The notes beneath the pieces were generated by a model. It worked only from the letters and a program-made list of their open reading frames with translations, had not been told where the DNA came from and searched no databases. Below are positions 12,653 through 24,531 of a stretch of 64,000 nucleotides of DNA, piece after piece. Origin of the DNA: Podarcis gaigeae (Eukaryota); NCBI GenBank assembly GCA_964106915.2, contig OZ066920.1, one strand, 5' to 3'. The stretch's first letter is position 1, and each line of letters opens with the position of its first letter. The translations under genes and the position numbers were made by a program.

Positions 12653-13285
12653 CTGGCAGGAATCAGACACTCAAATTAAAATGCAAGCCAATAACTTTGG
12701 TTAGACATACCCTTATTAATTAAAAAAACTTAAAACTATGATAAGAAAGATAAGGACTACAAACAACTAATTAAATAGGGCAGAAGCACACACATGCACA
12801 TAAACACACACACAAGTAGGAAAACCATTAAAATACAAGCCATGTAGACCTATGTGGGGTGCATGCTCTCCAACTTTGACTACTGAATTCAGGTTCCACA
12901 CAGGTGTTGTTAACTCAACTTATCCTCTTTAGCAGGGTTCCCAGGAAAGGCTTTATCCTATCTAAGGGTTTAGGAGGTGGTGAGTGGTTGTGGGAGAGAC
13001 CAGGCTATACTTGAGGGGGCAATAAATATGCAGTGCCTGAATATTAGAGGTGGGTGAATACCATAAGCCATGGACTGATCTGGAAATGAGTAGGTGTGCT
13101 TCTCAAAGACTCAAAACTGGTTCAGATTTAAAGCCAATCTGAGAGACTTGGAAAATGCAGAATGACCAAGTTTAGCAATAAGATACTGTTATCCATTTGT
13201 ATGCACCAATGCGCTTCAGAACATTAATTTCAACATGTGCTACAAGAAATGAGACAAGAGGACAAGCTACTATTAGAGTACTTAC

Positions 13286-13387
13286 AGACAAGAAAGACTG
13301 GATTGGGTTCCTTAATAAAATCTGGAAAGTATAGCCATTTGATGATATTAGAGTTGAAGTTGGCATTAGGATGTCTCCATGGATAAT
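13286..13387 (-). CDS. PIEZO2: PIEZO2 exon 26 (102 nt)
   Basis: catag|AT TAT..GTC T|gtaagt; DYPWRHPNANFNSNIIKWLYFPDFIKEPNPVFLV; phase 1-1. Confidence 0.95.
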
Positions 13388-13530
13388 CTATGAAGGTAGA
13401 AGGAAGAACAATTACAGGAAGTAATTCATATCACTCATTGCAGCTCTAATCGGAGCCATGGCTATTTTTCAGTGGTTACTGTGAAAATAAAAGATAATCG
13501 CAATCAGCGGAAAGCAAGAAGTACCCTTAC

Positions 13531-13735
13531 CTATACAAGGAGAAGGTGGGATGCCAATACAAATAAAGTACTGGAATGTAATGATGCATGATAGAAAACA
13601 GCAGTACTTTGGCCAGATCTCTGCAATGGCTTTTCTTCTGCGTCGATATAACACCGCAATTAACGCAAAGGCATGAACCATAGCATAGAAATCCATTCGT
13701 TGACCAATTACATTTACTGACAAGAGGAAACAGCT
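13531..13735 (-). CDS. PIEZO2: PIEZO2 exon 25 (205 nt)
   Basis: cacag|AGC TGT..ATA G|gtaagg; SCFLLSVNVIGQRMDFYA..RRRRKAIAEIWPKY..GIPPSPCI; phase 0-1. Confidence 0.95.
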
Positions 13736-13892
13736 CTGTGACAAGGAAAAGAAAATCAGAATTTACATCCTCTTGGCTAGCCCATGACTGACAGATATAT
13801 TGCATTACTCTTAGAAAATTGAAGTCTCTTACTTTGTGAGCTTCTGTTCACTAGGGATCCTGGAGGACAGGGCAGAGTATTTGGTTGATACC

Positions 13893-14068
13893 TACATAAA
13901 CAGTCAGAGCCCCATGAACATTCAACAGCAGGAGGAGCTGCTCCCTGACTCCCAGACCAGTCCAGTAGGAATATAAATCTGGATGGAAAAACAAGCCTCA
14001 ACTCTGTGAGTCAGGGGACAGCTGCTCCTTCAGTTGAAAGTTCTAGGCTCTGCCTCAAGGTTTGTGTA
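13893..14068. repeat. Imperfect palindromic MITE-like repeat
   Basis: TTCAAC..GAGCTGCTCCCTGACTC / GAGTCAGGGGACAGCTGCTCC..GTTGAA. Confidence 0.55.
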
Positions 14069-14198
14069 AAAGGCGCCAACCCAGCTGTCTGCAACGTCCT
14101 CCATGGTTGAAAATCAATGCAACACTTTGCTTACTGGCATATAACAGGTTCTCTCTCAATCAATATTTCATACTTAGCTTACCAATAGTGAGTACTTC

Positions 14199-14331
14199 GG
14201 TGTAGCCAACGTGGTGCCATTCGGATGTCGCTGAACTATAACTCATCATGCCTGACCATTGGCCAGGCTGGTTAGAACTAATGGGAGATGCAATCCAACA
14301 ACATCAGAGGGCACCACGTTGACCATCTCTG
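14199..14331. mobile_element. Degenerate hAT-type MITE; a related partial copy lies at about 14572-14669
   Basis: CAACGTGGTGCC..GGCACCACGTTG inverted ends; internal motifs resemble the 40836 family. Confidence 0.6.
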
Positions 14332-14488
14332 GATTACTTTGATAGCTCAGTTGGTTAGAGTGTGGTGCTGATGATGCCACAGTCGCAGTTTTGATCCCTG
14401 TAACGGACAGCTGCATATTCTTGCATTGAAAGGAGTTGGAGTAGATGATCCTCAGGGTCCCTTCTAACTCTATGATTCTACGATTCTA
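14331..14488 (+). mobile_element. tRNA-head SINE with CR1-type 3' tail
   Basis: TAGCTCAGTTGGTTAGAG A-box; GTTGGAGTAGATGATCCTCAGGGTCCCTTCTAACTCTATGATTCTACGATTCTA tail. Confidence 0.75.
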
Positions 14489-14869
14489 ATATATAATTGG
14501 ATAAAAGTTCCTCTTTTTGCAAAAAGAAGTAATAGTGTCACTGATAAATGTTTGGAGTCTACGCTCTGTATCAGCCTTTCTCAGCCTTGGGTCCTCAGAT
14601 GTTGTTGAACTACAGCTACCATCATTCCCAGCAACCAGGACCAGTGGTCAAGGATGATGGGGGTTGTAGAATTGTATAGGCCTTTAATTGCATAGACCTT
14701 TAAAATACAAAGACAATTATTTTGTAGAGTAGGGCATTAATCCCTCAAATACAGAAACAAGTAATCCTTAAATACATAATTCCCTAAAACAGATAAATAA
14801 GTAATAAATAATATCAAGTTGGAGTCACCATAGGAAATCTTGTTTTAAACATGCTGGCACTAAATTTAC

Positions 14870-15070
14870 CTCTAAACCAAACTTATAGAAGAAGTAGTTG
14901 ACAAAGTACTTAAGACAACTAAGTACTCCATCATCTAAATGTAATCTGGTAACATCATGAAAAATTGTTTTCGTCTCAGGAGCTGTGAGATTGTTTCGAC
15001 ATCTGTAGTATTCCTGATGCCGGTAAATGGTTACTTCAAAGGCCAGAATTGCCAACATCAGCAGGTTATT
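14870..15070 (-). CDS. PIEZO2: PIEZO2 exon 24 (201 nt)
   Basis: tgcag|AAT AAC..TTA GAG|gtaaat; NNLLMLAILAFEVTIYRHQEYYR..YFFYKFGLE. Confidence 0.95.
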
Positions 15071-15249
15071 CTGCAAGAGAAGGAAACCATATGAGCTACA
15101 AAGAATCAGCCAATATTCTTTTGAAAGCAAGCATACTGCAACTTGCAATATGCTCCCTAAAAACATTGACAACTCAGCGGCTGTACTGTCTGAAAATAAT
15201 TTATTGAGACTGAAAATAAATTCAACAGGGAACAAGTAATAATAATTAC

Positions 15250-15366
15250 CCTCAAATATACAAGAAGTGGATAAGACTTTCTCAATCCAACCCACTCAGT
15301 TGGATCAATGGGCTTTCTGTAAAGTAGTGATTCATTTATGTCTTCTAGAGGCTTAGTTGTATTAGG
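15250..15366 (-). CDS. PIEZO2: PIEZO2 exon 23 (117 nt)
   Basis: tttag|CCT AAT..TTG AGG|gtaatt; PNTTKPLEDINESLLYRKPIDPTEWVGLRKSYPLLVYLR. Confidence 0.93.
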
Positions 15367-16260
15367 CTAAAATGAAAAAAGAGAGATAAATTTTAGTTTG
15401 ACTTCTTCAAGGAGGATGCTTTGATTGAACAGAGCCAGGGACAGATCTTCTATGAAACTACCATGAAGCTTTAGCTTCAGGGCCCCTAATCCCAGAGGGG
15501 TGCCAGAAGCAACTTTAGTCCACATTGCTGAAAAAGTTAAGGTCCAGTAGACCCAACTTGAGTCACATGGCACAAATCATTCTACAATGCATCATGCATG
15601 TATATAACATTCCCATAATTTTCATCTCCCCCTCAGTAACTTGAAAACTATAAGACATAGGAAATTTTTATTCAAACCAGTGATAATCCAGTGCAGCAAT
15701 TTTATTCAAAATCTGAGATGTAGTAGTTAATTTTTAAAAAATAAAAAGGTAGTGATATGTCATGGAACGACTCCACTGAGGAAGGTAACAGTGGTTATCC
15801 AGACCTCTTTGCTGGTTGTGAAGGGCCCCCAAAATGTAAGTTTGCCACTGAACAGAGCTGAGCAACCCAGGCACCTGAAAAAGGTTTCATCGTCAACTTT
15901 ATAAAGCAACAGTAAGGCATCTGCCACTAATAGCTGAGACTGAAAAGAAGCAGACAAGAAGTAGCTCCATCAGTGCTAGGAGAGGTTTAACTGGGGCCTC
16001 TCCATGCTACAGGAAGCATCGGTGTCATCAAATATACATACAGCGAACAAATTGAATACTTGGCATGTGTCAATCAATGTGTGATTGATTCAGAAATTCA
16101 CTGAGATATATCCTGATTTGGGGGGAATAACTTGACTAACTTCTCACGTGAGAAAGGGCCTGTCTCCATTCTTGTTGATCCACAATATCCACAAATTGCT
16201 AAATTATTTATTTTAAACAACTCTGTTTTACTTTTTAAATATTAGATAGCTACTACTTGC

Positions 16261-16437
16261 CATTGTACAGGTGACAGAAAACATTTCAGGGTTAATAGTT
16301 CCAAGCTGATACAACATTTTGCAGATGATAATTACACAGGTCCAAACAGTGCAGACACTGGATGCCAGTGGGCGGAACTGAGAATATGGCAAAGCAAAAG
16401 CCCAGGCAATCACAAACACATAGTTAAGGAGGGAAAC
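16261..16437 (-). CDS. PIEZO2: PIEZO2 exon 22 (177 nt; GC donor)
   Basis: tacag|GTT TCC..ACA ATG|gcaagt; VSLLNYVFVIAWAFALPY..FSVTCTM; phase 0-0. Confidence 0.93.
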
Positions 16438-17219
16438 CTGTAAGCACAAAATGAGAAAATATATTAATTACTTGACAACATTTTGAGAAGTTTTATTATG
16501 CTACCTTGTGCTAAAATATTCTGAAAAGGAATTCAAAGCATAAGGAAGCAGCAAAAGAGAGAGCATTGAAATGTTTAAGATAGCAGGAGAGTTAATTGGC
16601 TAAGAGTGGTAGTCTTGGAAGAATCAATAATTATAGGCAGGGGTTTAATGTGAAACAGTAGCATAAAGATAAAGATGAGAAAGGTGCGGAGAGCTTTCCA
16701 AAGTAAGGGCAAGCTACTTGTGCTGGATGTTGAAGGGAATGTTCCATGTGATCAGTGGTGTTTTGGGGTAAAAGCACAGCATTGCTAAGATGCAAGAAAG
16801 GAAAGCATTGGGAAAGGTGCAGTAGTCAAAGGGTGGCCATGGCAAGAGCACAAGACCAAGTTTGGGCTAAGATGATTAGGGGAAGGGGTGGATTTTTGCA
16901 ATAGTATATTACAGTAGTTAAGCAATTTGGGTAGCTTGGTTTACTGAATCAGATAGAGCTGGGACAAACTGAATTTCAATTTGCATGCAAAACTTCAAAA
17001 TATCAAATATAGTTTTGAAGTTTACATTTTGAAGTTTGAATGATGTTTCATGCGCACCTCTTAGGGACAAGCCTAGTGTTTTACATCATTTAGTGGACAG
17101 GAGGAATACACGTCTAATAAACCAACCAAACCAACATTTCAGAAATTCAAAAACATCATTGTTTTTGAATTCAGTTGCTACTGAAAGAGAAACTGATGAC
17201 ACATCCATTATTTACTTGC

Positions 17220-17380
17220 CTCTTTGACTGTGACCCAGATAATATATGATGAGACAATTTTGATAATGTGCAGTTCCAAAAGCCACCACACAAAAACTTG
17301 CAGTTTATGAAAGCATTCGAGAAATTTCAAGAAAAGTACGGTGAGGCGATCAATTACCAAATGCCATTTGTTTCTTAAAT
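17220..17380 (-). CDS. PIEZO2: PIEZO2 exon 21 (161 nt; GC donor)
   Basis: tgcag|AT TTA..AAA GAG|gcaagt; DLRNKWHLVIDRLTVLFLKF..SSYIIWVTVKE; phase 1-0. Confidence 0.93.
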
Positions 17381-18048
17381 CTGCAAAGACAAGTCAAACA
17401 TAATGAAACTTATTTTTGGCTTTGTGAACAGGGCTACTTTTATCTTCTGTTGGAAATATAAAGGGGGAGGCAATTTTTTCCTCTGAATGTAACTTTTCTT
17501 CCTCAGAATAAAACACTATTAAAACCAGCTATAATTCTTAATTAAGGGATAATGTGATTGAGATTCATTTGAAGTCATTCATAGATCCCCAAAGTGTCAA
17601 TTTTTCCTGCCAAATATGTTTATTCCTAATTTTATGACAGAATGCAGTTGACATTCCTCAGAAACAGAATTCCAGAGCATAAGACAAGAAGAAGGTTTGA
17701 AGAGTTGCCATTCACTCCTGCAATGAAAAAGGCACTAGGAACCAAAGTATATTGAGCCAAGTTTTAACACAACTTAATCATGTTGGGATAACCTTTGGAT
17801 CCTTACGGGTTGCTAATGTTGTTTTGTCTCCCTCTCAAGGTTTTTTTTTAAAAGACTTCTTGAGCACCTGCAAACGTCAGGGTGAACCCAAGTCTGCTTA
17901 TTCCCCCCTATCCCCATTTGTATAGTCTGTGAGCATTGGAACACTTAAATAAGAAATAGAGGGAATGAATTACATGTATCCCAGATGAATCACCTTCAAT
18001 CAATAGTAAAACAAAATAGACCAAGTTGAGACTCTCTCCACAGACTAC

Positions 18049-18389
18049 CTGATATATCTTCTGTCTCCGATTCATCATCATCATCTTCTTCTTCCTCCTC
18101 CTCCACTTCCTCCTCTTCTTTTTCATGCCCTTCTTCCTTATCTCTTTTCTCCCTCCTTTCCATTATGCGTTGTTCTGGTTCTTGGAACATGTTTTCCTGC
18201 TCTTGGTACATTTTTTCTGGCCCTTGTAAAATGTTTTCTTGGTCTTGTAAAACGTTTTCCTGCTCATTTTTTTCCTGCTCTTGTAACACATTTTCCTGTT
18301 CTCGTAAAATGTTCTCCTGTTCCTTTCCAAAACTGGCATTTAAATTCATCATTGTGATATCAGGCAGGCTTCCATCTTGATGAACCAGC
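18049..18389 (-). CDS. PIEZO2: PIEZO2 exon 20 (341 nt, contains heptad-repeat expansion)
   Basis: aatag|G CTG..TCA G|gtagtc; LVHQDGSLPDITMMNLNAS..EQEN repeats..acidic tract; phase 2-1. Confidence 0.92.
18161..18322 (-). repeat. Coding 21-nt minisatellite (heptad EQEN[IVM]LQ-like, 8 units)
   Basis: EQENILR EQENVLQ EQEKN EQENVLQ DQENILQ GPEKMYQ EQENMFQ EPEQRIM; approximate DNA unit GARCAGGAAAAYRTKTTACAA. Confidence 0.9.
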
Positions 18390-18711
18390 CTATTGGTAGA
18401 TAAAGTAGGCATGTCAACAAACCAAGCAGTTGCAAGACAAGAAACAATCTTCTGATTTCATACAGCAAAACAAACAAGGAGCACATGAATAAATGGGTCA
18501 AACACTGTTTAGGAAACTCCACATGGTATCATACCATAGAAGCAATTATCTGTCACTTTGACGCTAATTATTTGCTTTAGTAATTAGTGATATTGCCACC
18601 TAAACTTGACATTTCCCCCGCAGAGGAAAAAATGGTCAAAGTTTAAGATGTAGAAGCATGAAATGACATGTTTTAACAGCAAGCATTTCATGACTTCACA
18701 TGGGGACTTAC

Positions 18712-18744
18712 TCATTTTGGCGGATTGGTAATTTTTTCTTGATG
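18712..18744 (-). CDS. PIEZO2: PIEZO2 exon 19 (33-nt cassette exon)
   Basis: gagcag|C ATC..AAT GA|gtaagt; (S)IKKKLPIRQN(E), mammalian SIKKKLPIHQNE; phase 2-2. Confidence 0.92.
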   Translation of the reverse strand, partial: HQEKITNPPK

Positions 18745-19934
18745 CTGCTCAAAGTAATTGAAACAGAAAGAAAAAAAGGAAATGAGAACAGAGGAGTTAC
18801 AGAAGAAGGTCAGAGATAAAGATATCATGCCATATAACTCACTAGCATTCTCTTAATCCATCTGTGTCAGCCTTCAGATGCCAGGAGCATGCCATCCTGG
18901 CATTAAAAGAGTGCTTCTAACAAGATGGAAAGTGCTTACTACATTTTCAAAGAAACTTTTCATTCACCATTCTTACATTAGGCAAGCAAATTCTTTCAGA
19001 TAAGTTACACTAGTCCGACTCTGAATATATTTACATATTTGTAAAAAACAAAAGCTGATGTAAAAAACAAAAGATTCAAATGGCAAGATTTTCCATTTGC
19101 AAGTAAGCAAGTCTGTTTATTCAGTTCAAAATTCAGGTAGCATACAATCTTGAACCAGCTCTTCACAACATCTCAGCTACACTTTCAAGAATTCTATGGT
19201 TAAAAATCAATATAAAGAGTTGAAAACAGGAAACACCAATTGAAGGTGTTTCTACTGATGTGGAAAATGGAAATGTTACTAGTAAGCTATAAAGTATTTT
19301 GGAGGTGCATTCTGGTAAACACTACTTATGATCAAATTTACCTTCTTCCCTAAGAAAATGGGATTGGCTGTCTAGTTTCACCATTACATAAAGGTAAGGA
19401 AAACATTTAAATTTTTTGTTAGTAATTATAGTAAACTTGCCATACAGATGACAGCCAATCGGTCCCTGATCCAAACCTCAGTTTGAAGCTATTTCAGTCA
19501 GGAAGGTGATGTTGTACTATTAGTTTCTCTTTCTAAAAGAAAGCTTGGGTGTCCTTTCAGCTCTAATACAGAGTCCTTTAGAGTTAAAGATATCCCTTGA
19601 TATTTTACTCTGTTCCCTACATACCTTATGAAAGACTCAGGACAACTCAATGCCACAAATAAGTAAATGGGCTTAGGCAGCCAGGATCAGACAAATCCTT
19701 GGATATGATATATATTGGGGCGTCCAACTTCCAAGAGTCTGTGATCTACTCACAGTACTAAAAAACTGGCAGTGATCTACCCATTGTCAGAGTTGTTGAG
19801 ATTTATTTAGGAAGCCAAAGTTGTCTTTCATTTTTGCAAAATTAGCATGTTGTTGAATATTTTCTTACTTATTTCAAAAATACCTAATCATTTAACCATT
19901 ATATTTAAATGCTAATAGTAAAACATGAACAGTA

Positions 19935-20288
19935 CAGTGGTACCTTGCAAGACGAATGCCTCGTAAGACGAAAAACTCGCAAGACAAAAGAGTTTTTATT
20001 TTTTTGAGTTGCTTCGCAAGACGAATTTCCCTATGGGCTTGCTTCGCAAGACGAAAACGTCTTGCAAGTTTGTTTCCTTTTTTGAGCCTTTTTTGAGGTT
20101 TTTGAAGACTTTGGTGATTTTTGAAGCTTTTCCAAAACTTCTTTTGCAGCCATTTGGTAAGTTAAACTTTTAAAACTTTTTTGGGGGTTTTTGGATTTTG
20201 GGTTGGAATCCGTGCTTCGCAAGACGAAAAATTCGCAAGATGAAAAAACTCGCAGAACGAATTAATTTCGTCTTGCGAGGTACCACTG
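19935..20288. mobile_element. Tc1/mariner MITE (family B)
   Basis: TIR CAGTGGTACCT, TA TSD, many CGCAAGACGA subterminal repeats. Confidence 0.88.
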
Positions 20289-23200
20289 TATACTTTAAAT
20301 TTGCAACATAGCTATAAATGAACGCAAGATGCCTTTCAAATAATGAACTAGTGTAAGACTTGAATCAAGACATTAAATTTATCTCTATTTATGAATTTTA
20401 TTCAGCTTGTCCACGTACATAAGATCATACAATGTATTCAGAATTTTAGTAATCATTCTCATAAAAGTCATTTTCTATGACAATTATTTTCAAGAGAGAT
20501 AAATAATACCTGCTAAATATTATTCAGTGTGCCCCAGAGACTTTGGGAAGGATTCCCAAGGGTTCCTAGCTCAAAGGATGGGCCAGAAAGGTACTAAAAA
20601 CGCCATTGCTCAGGTTTTCCATAGGCAAAACTGTGCATGAGTCTTCAGTTCTTAATGTTGAGCTGCTGCCTGCCTTTCTCCAACTGGACCTCCCTTCTCT
20701 GTAAGAATGGGTAGGGCCAGTAATGAAAAGACTGTCTGAAGGCAGAGAATGGGGTGCCATAGAAAGCCTATTATGAGCTGGGCCAGAATGTCATGAGTAG
20801 CTCATAATGGCTTGGTGACTTCTTTTCCCAATTCTAATTCCAAAAATTGGCATTGTCAATATTCTAAAGGTCACACTTTGATGTTACACAAAAGCAGTTG
20901 ACTGATTTCTGTGCCACTTACTATCACATGTGCTCAGGATCCTAGAGAACAGCATGCTAACCACACTGCCTACTTAAGTAAATATTATGTAAATATCTTA
21001 ATTTCAGAGGAACACCAACACACACACACACACACACACCAGAAAGCAGTGTAATTACTGAGCAAAAGCTGTTGCACTGATCTAGCAAGATGTAAAATAC
21101 AAGTGCTAATGACCTGGATTTATCAAGAGCACTGTTGTCCAGACCACCAACAGTGGCTTGGACACTGACCCAGCAGGATAAGGGGTCTGCTGACTCAGTA
21201 GGACCACTCACAGAATCGCCAGATCTGGGCTGCGACACTGAGCTAGAGCCCAGCAACCAAGAAGCAATAGAATCAAAGACACACCAAATCTCCTGAGCTA
21301 GGAACTTCAGAGATAGCAGCACACTGATGAAGCAACATCCGTGTCTCTAAAGACCTCATATGTCCCATCTACCACCACCACCGGCAGTTTGCTTTGTATG
21401 AAATGATTGAGAAACAACAGAGTGCTAGGCTCCAAGGCAAAATCTTCGTCACATTAACAGTATCCAACAAGGAGGTAGACCTAAGTAAATTTAGTGAATA
21501 CAAATTTAGTGAATACAAATAATTTAAGGGACTGTTTTACGTAGCTTGCTTACTGTCTGAAGTGTGGAATGCACTATTTTCTGTTGGAGCTAGTTAGGAG
21601 AGACTAGACTATCCTCCACCTTCTCAAAACCTTTCTTACCCTGTCTCATTTTCAGAGTCCTTTAAAATGTCTTTATAATTTTGTTGGCTGTGGGATTGAG
21701 CTTACCTTATCCTTGTGAGGTATCCGAGAGTGGTGTGTGTAATTTCCTTTCCATTAAACACTTCTCCAGTGCTCTGGAGCATCCCTGGCTGCCTGCATTT
21801 CCTGATCTGAAAAAGCACCATGGGAGGAGTTACCTTACAACACCTTCCCCTGAGCTTTAATTAAAGTGCGGGAAGCCGGGAAGGTTGGCTACCAAGTGCC
21901 CCTGGATTGGTGCGCTCACTGCCTTTGTTTTTAAGAGATGTCGTTTTGACCATTAAAACAAAAAACTACACCAAGCAAACACACATGCCATTTAAAAATT
22001 AACAATAAACAACTGTTAGGAGCACTGTCAGCAGCCCGCTCAGCTTCCCACACTTACAGGAAAGCCCAGTTGAGGACATCATGGTGTTTTTGAAGGAAAC
22101 ACAGGCACTTGGAAAAGCTGCAACCTGCCAGGGAGATGAATTGTAGAAAGAAAGGACACTCACATAATCCAGTGGCCATCTCAAAATTAAGGTAAGCAAA
22201 AACCCAGACCCAACCCATGAGCATTTCACCGAACCTCTCTCCTCTCTTGCTACATAATTTTTAAATGCAATTTATTTTCTCATTAATTGATGGTGGACAG
22301 TTTTTTTTTTAAAAAAAAAAAAAACCCTAGAGAAATTTTCAGCACTGAATCAGGTGAAGTCCACCTGTCTCAATTCAAAATGAACCAGGTCTTTCCAAAC
22401 CTTTCTCAAGAATTCTCAATAAAATTCTGGATTTCCCCCTCCAAATCCCCCCAAAGTTTGGAAAACCCAACCTGGGAGATCTCCTTCACTGTCACTCATT
22501 TACTAGTTTCCCTCCTACCCCTTTTCCTAAAGTCAAAAGTTGTGGGGTGGGCTGGTAGAGAAGAGACAGCAGCTGCGTTTCCAAAAACCAAACCAAAACA
22601 GGGAATCTTCCCTCCTACAATAAATGATTCTGGAAATCCTTGACCCCTCCACTGTCGACAGGAAGTCTGTCAACTGCAGTTTCTTAATCACAGAAACTAA
22701 GGCAGGAGGCTTATAAAGTATTACATTTCCCAGAGTCAGCAAAGCAGACTCAAGCAATGCTTAGAAGTACTCACCATGCAGAGTGAGGAACTGCTTAGAA
22801 GATGCTGCCTTTGGTTCAGTTTGTGTGTGTTTATATATGTGTGTGTGAACATACACTTCCAAGATCTGACATCTGCAGGAACGACTAACAGACAGCCTAA
22901 ACCCTTATCATCCTTTTTTCTTCAGCAACTTAGTGAGCATGTGAAAGTGTAGGAATGGAGGAGAGAAACTGGCATATGAAAATGCTGGTACCAAGTACAA
23001 ATTCAAAGGAAGTCAGGTTCAGTTCATTAGAGATTTTACACTTCATATTTCATGATAACTGTCCCCTTCCTGCCTTCCACAATTCTTCAGTATTGCTAGG
23101 GTAAGCTTATCATAATGGTGTTGCTTTGATGCACTCTTGTAGCCAAGATATAACATCATTTTCTCTTGAATGCAACACATAAAATATTTGATGGAGTAAA

Positions 23201-24531
23201 GATGGTTTAAGAAAGCAGATGTTTAAAGAACTCCTCTTTGAATGGTTTTCTATCCTTGCATTTGCAATTTTATATATATGAGTTGTAACAGAGTTCTGAA
23301 GTATTAATAACTCATAATTATATGTCTTTCCCTTAGAAGTACAAGCTTCTCTTTCTTTTATCTCTGACCAATTATCATGATGAGAGATATTAAGAATACA
23401 GGCTGATATCCAAAGAGTAAAAAATGCCCCCAAAACGCTTCTCCTCTAAAGGGGAGGGGGTTTGCTAATTTTCCTTTTCAACAACAGTCTTTTCAGACAC
23501 GTTGAATTCCACTTTGGAGGGTCCCTAACATTCAGGGCAGTGGGAGGGGGCCATGGGTTAGAGGTATTGCAATGGGAAGGAGGCATATAACTAAGCAAGG
23601 TAATTGGCAGGCAAAGAAGTTCCACCAAATCTGTACAATTACTATGCAAATTATAGAAGGGGGAAAACCTCCATCTGTTCTATATATGAGCCAAAACCAT
23701 TAGCAATAAAAATGCTGTCCTAAAGTAGCTGTCAACATATGTTCAACTATTTTCAAGTTTTTAAATTCATGTCTGATTATGACATGGATATTAAAAGTAT
23801 TTTATTCAAATATGAGCATCAGCCCACCATATTTTGCTCTATTGTTATACTGATATACATGCCAACATCAGAATCAATGTCACTTTTATTTAGAAGAGAC
23901 TTGCGTCCATAACCAACAGGTTTTTTCCAGGTTCCTGAGATGCCATTGTATACAAAGGAACACCACTTCCTAACTCTCATACCCACACACGCCTGCTGCA
24001 ACAAATTTACAAGGAACTTTGAAGATAAAGTCACTCGCTTTTGCTCCAATCTTTACACCTCAGTTGTTTGATGAGGTGTCTAGCACACCATCATGTCATA
24101 TTGTTTGGGATTCATTATTATCATTGGGGTTTCAATGTGTGGACTAGACACATGCAGGAGTGCAACCAACTATCTGTTTTCTAGAACCTTGCCTACTGTT
24201 GCTTCCAAATGCTAGCTAGAGGGGGATGATTGGAGATTACAGCTAGTGCATAATGCACCTGCTGGATCACTGGCCAATAGACATGGGCAGTCATACAACA
24301 CCTCAAGGTCCATTTCCCGAATTACCCCAAACAGGAACCATTCAGCATTAAACAAATTCCTAGAATCCCATACCAAACGTGATACTTCTCATTGCTTCTT
24401 TACATTGTATTAGGACAACTTAAAGCACTATGCTATTACTTTAAATAGTTATGGATTCCCCCAAAGAATTCTAAGAGCTGTAGTTTGTAAAGGGTGCTGA
24501 GAGTTATTAGGCTGCCTCTATTCTTTTCCTA

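Noticed and set aside
14341-14412. tRNA-like sequence
   Set aside because: Degenerate B-box and fused to a CR1-type tail, so a SINE head and not a tRNA gene.
19935-20288. Regularly spaced CGCAAGACGA repeats, superficially CRISPR-like
   Set aside because: Vertebrate intron; these are subterminal repeats of a TIR/TA-flanked MITE.
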